This document shows, piece by piece, positions 63,743-64,000 of a stretch of DNA of 64,000 bases; positions within the stretch are counted from its first letter, which is position 1, and every line of letters begins with the position of its first letter. Origin of the DNA: Eledone cirrhosa (Eukaryota); contig OZ024750.1 of the NCBI GenBank assembly GCA_964016885.1, positions 37,014,001 through 37,078,000 of the forward strand. Reading direction: 5' to 3'. A model generated the notes under the pieces. The model saw only the letters and a list, made by a program, of their open reading frames with translations. It did not search any database and was not told the origin of the DNA. A program made the position numbers and the translations under genes.

Positions 63743-64000
63743 TTGGTAAATATGATCTTGGTTAAGAGAGTGGGACTGGCTTTGTGCAGAGCCTTTGCTC
63801 ACTATAAAAGCTTCACGGCACAGGTATTGCTTTATATCTGGAGATCTCTCTGCACTTGTCGTCACATGGTACCATGGGCCCAGCACTATGTGTCAATAGT
63901 TGTCACAAGTGTAGTGTTTGTACCAGAGTTTCAAGTCGCTGGCTGGACTAAAAAGTCACAATCGGTAGGGGTTCTCCTACATGGATATAAAGTAGTGGCC

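Overview
AT-rich, repeat-saturated eukaryotic DNA. The SINE/RTE/microsatellite make-up resembles an octopod cephalopod; this is an inference and was not searched. No intact host gene is recognisable, and only a few weak exon candidates were found. The largest element is a near full-length, young-looking Tx1/L1-clade LINE (about 25818-31458; ORF1 with a CCHC knuckle, ORF2 APE-RT-CCHC with late disruptions). It sits in a 72-bp minisatellite that is itself the amplified interior of a TTAA/piggyBac-type MITE. The rest is many RTE-clade fragments (one family has a PHD-like finger after the RT core), a BovB-like RTE, an R4/Dong-type endonuclease remnant, Penelope-like remnants, Helitron derivatives (one with a RepHel fragment), three tRNA-derived SINE families, MITEs, a possible solo LTR, and mini/microsatellites. 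The most notable patterns are recurrent 5' fold-back hairpin elements mostly in (TA)n tracts, minimal hammerhead ribozyme motifs, a symmetric Helitron 3' end, and nested insertions in satellites.
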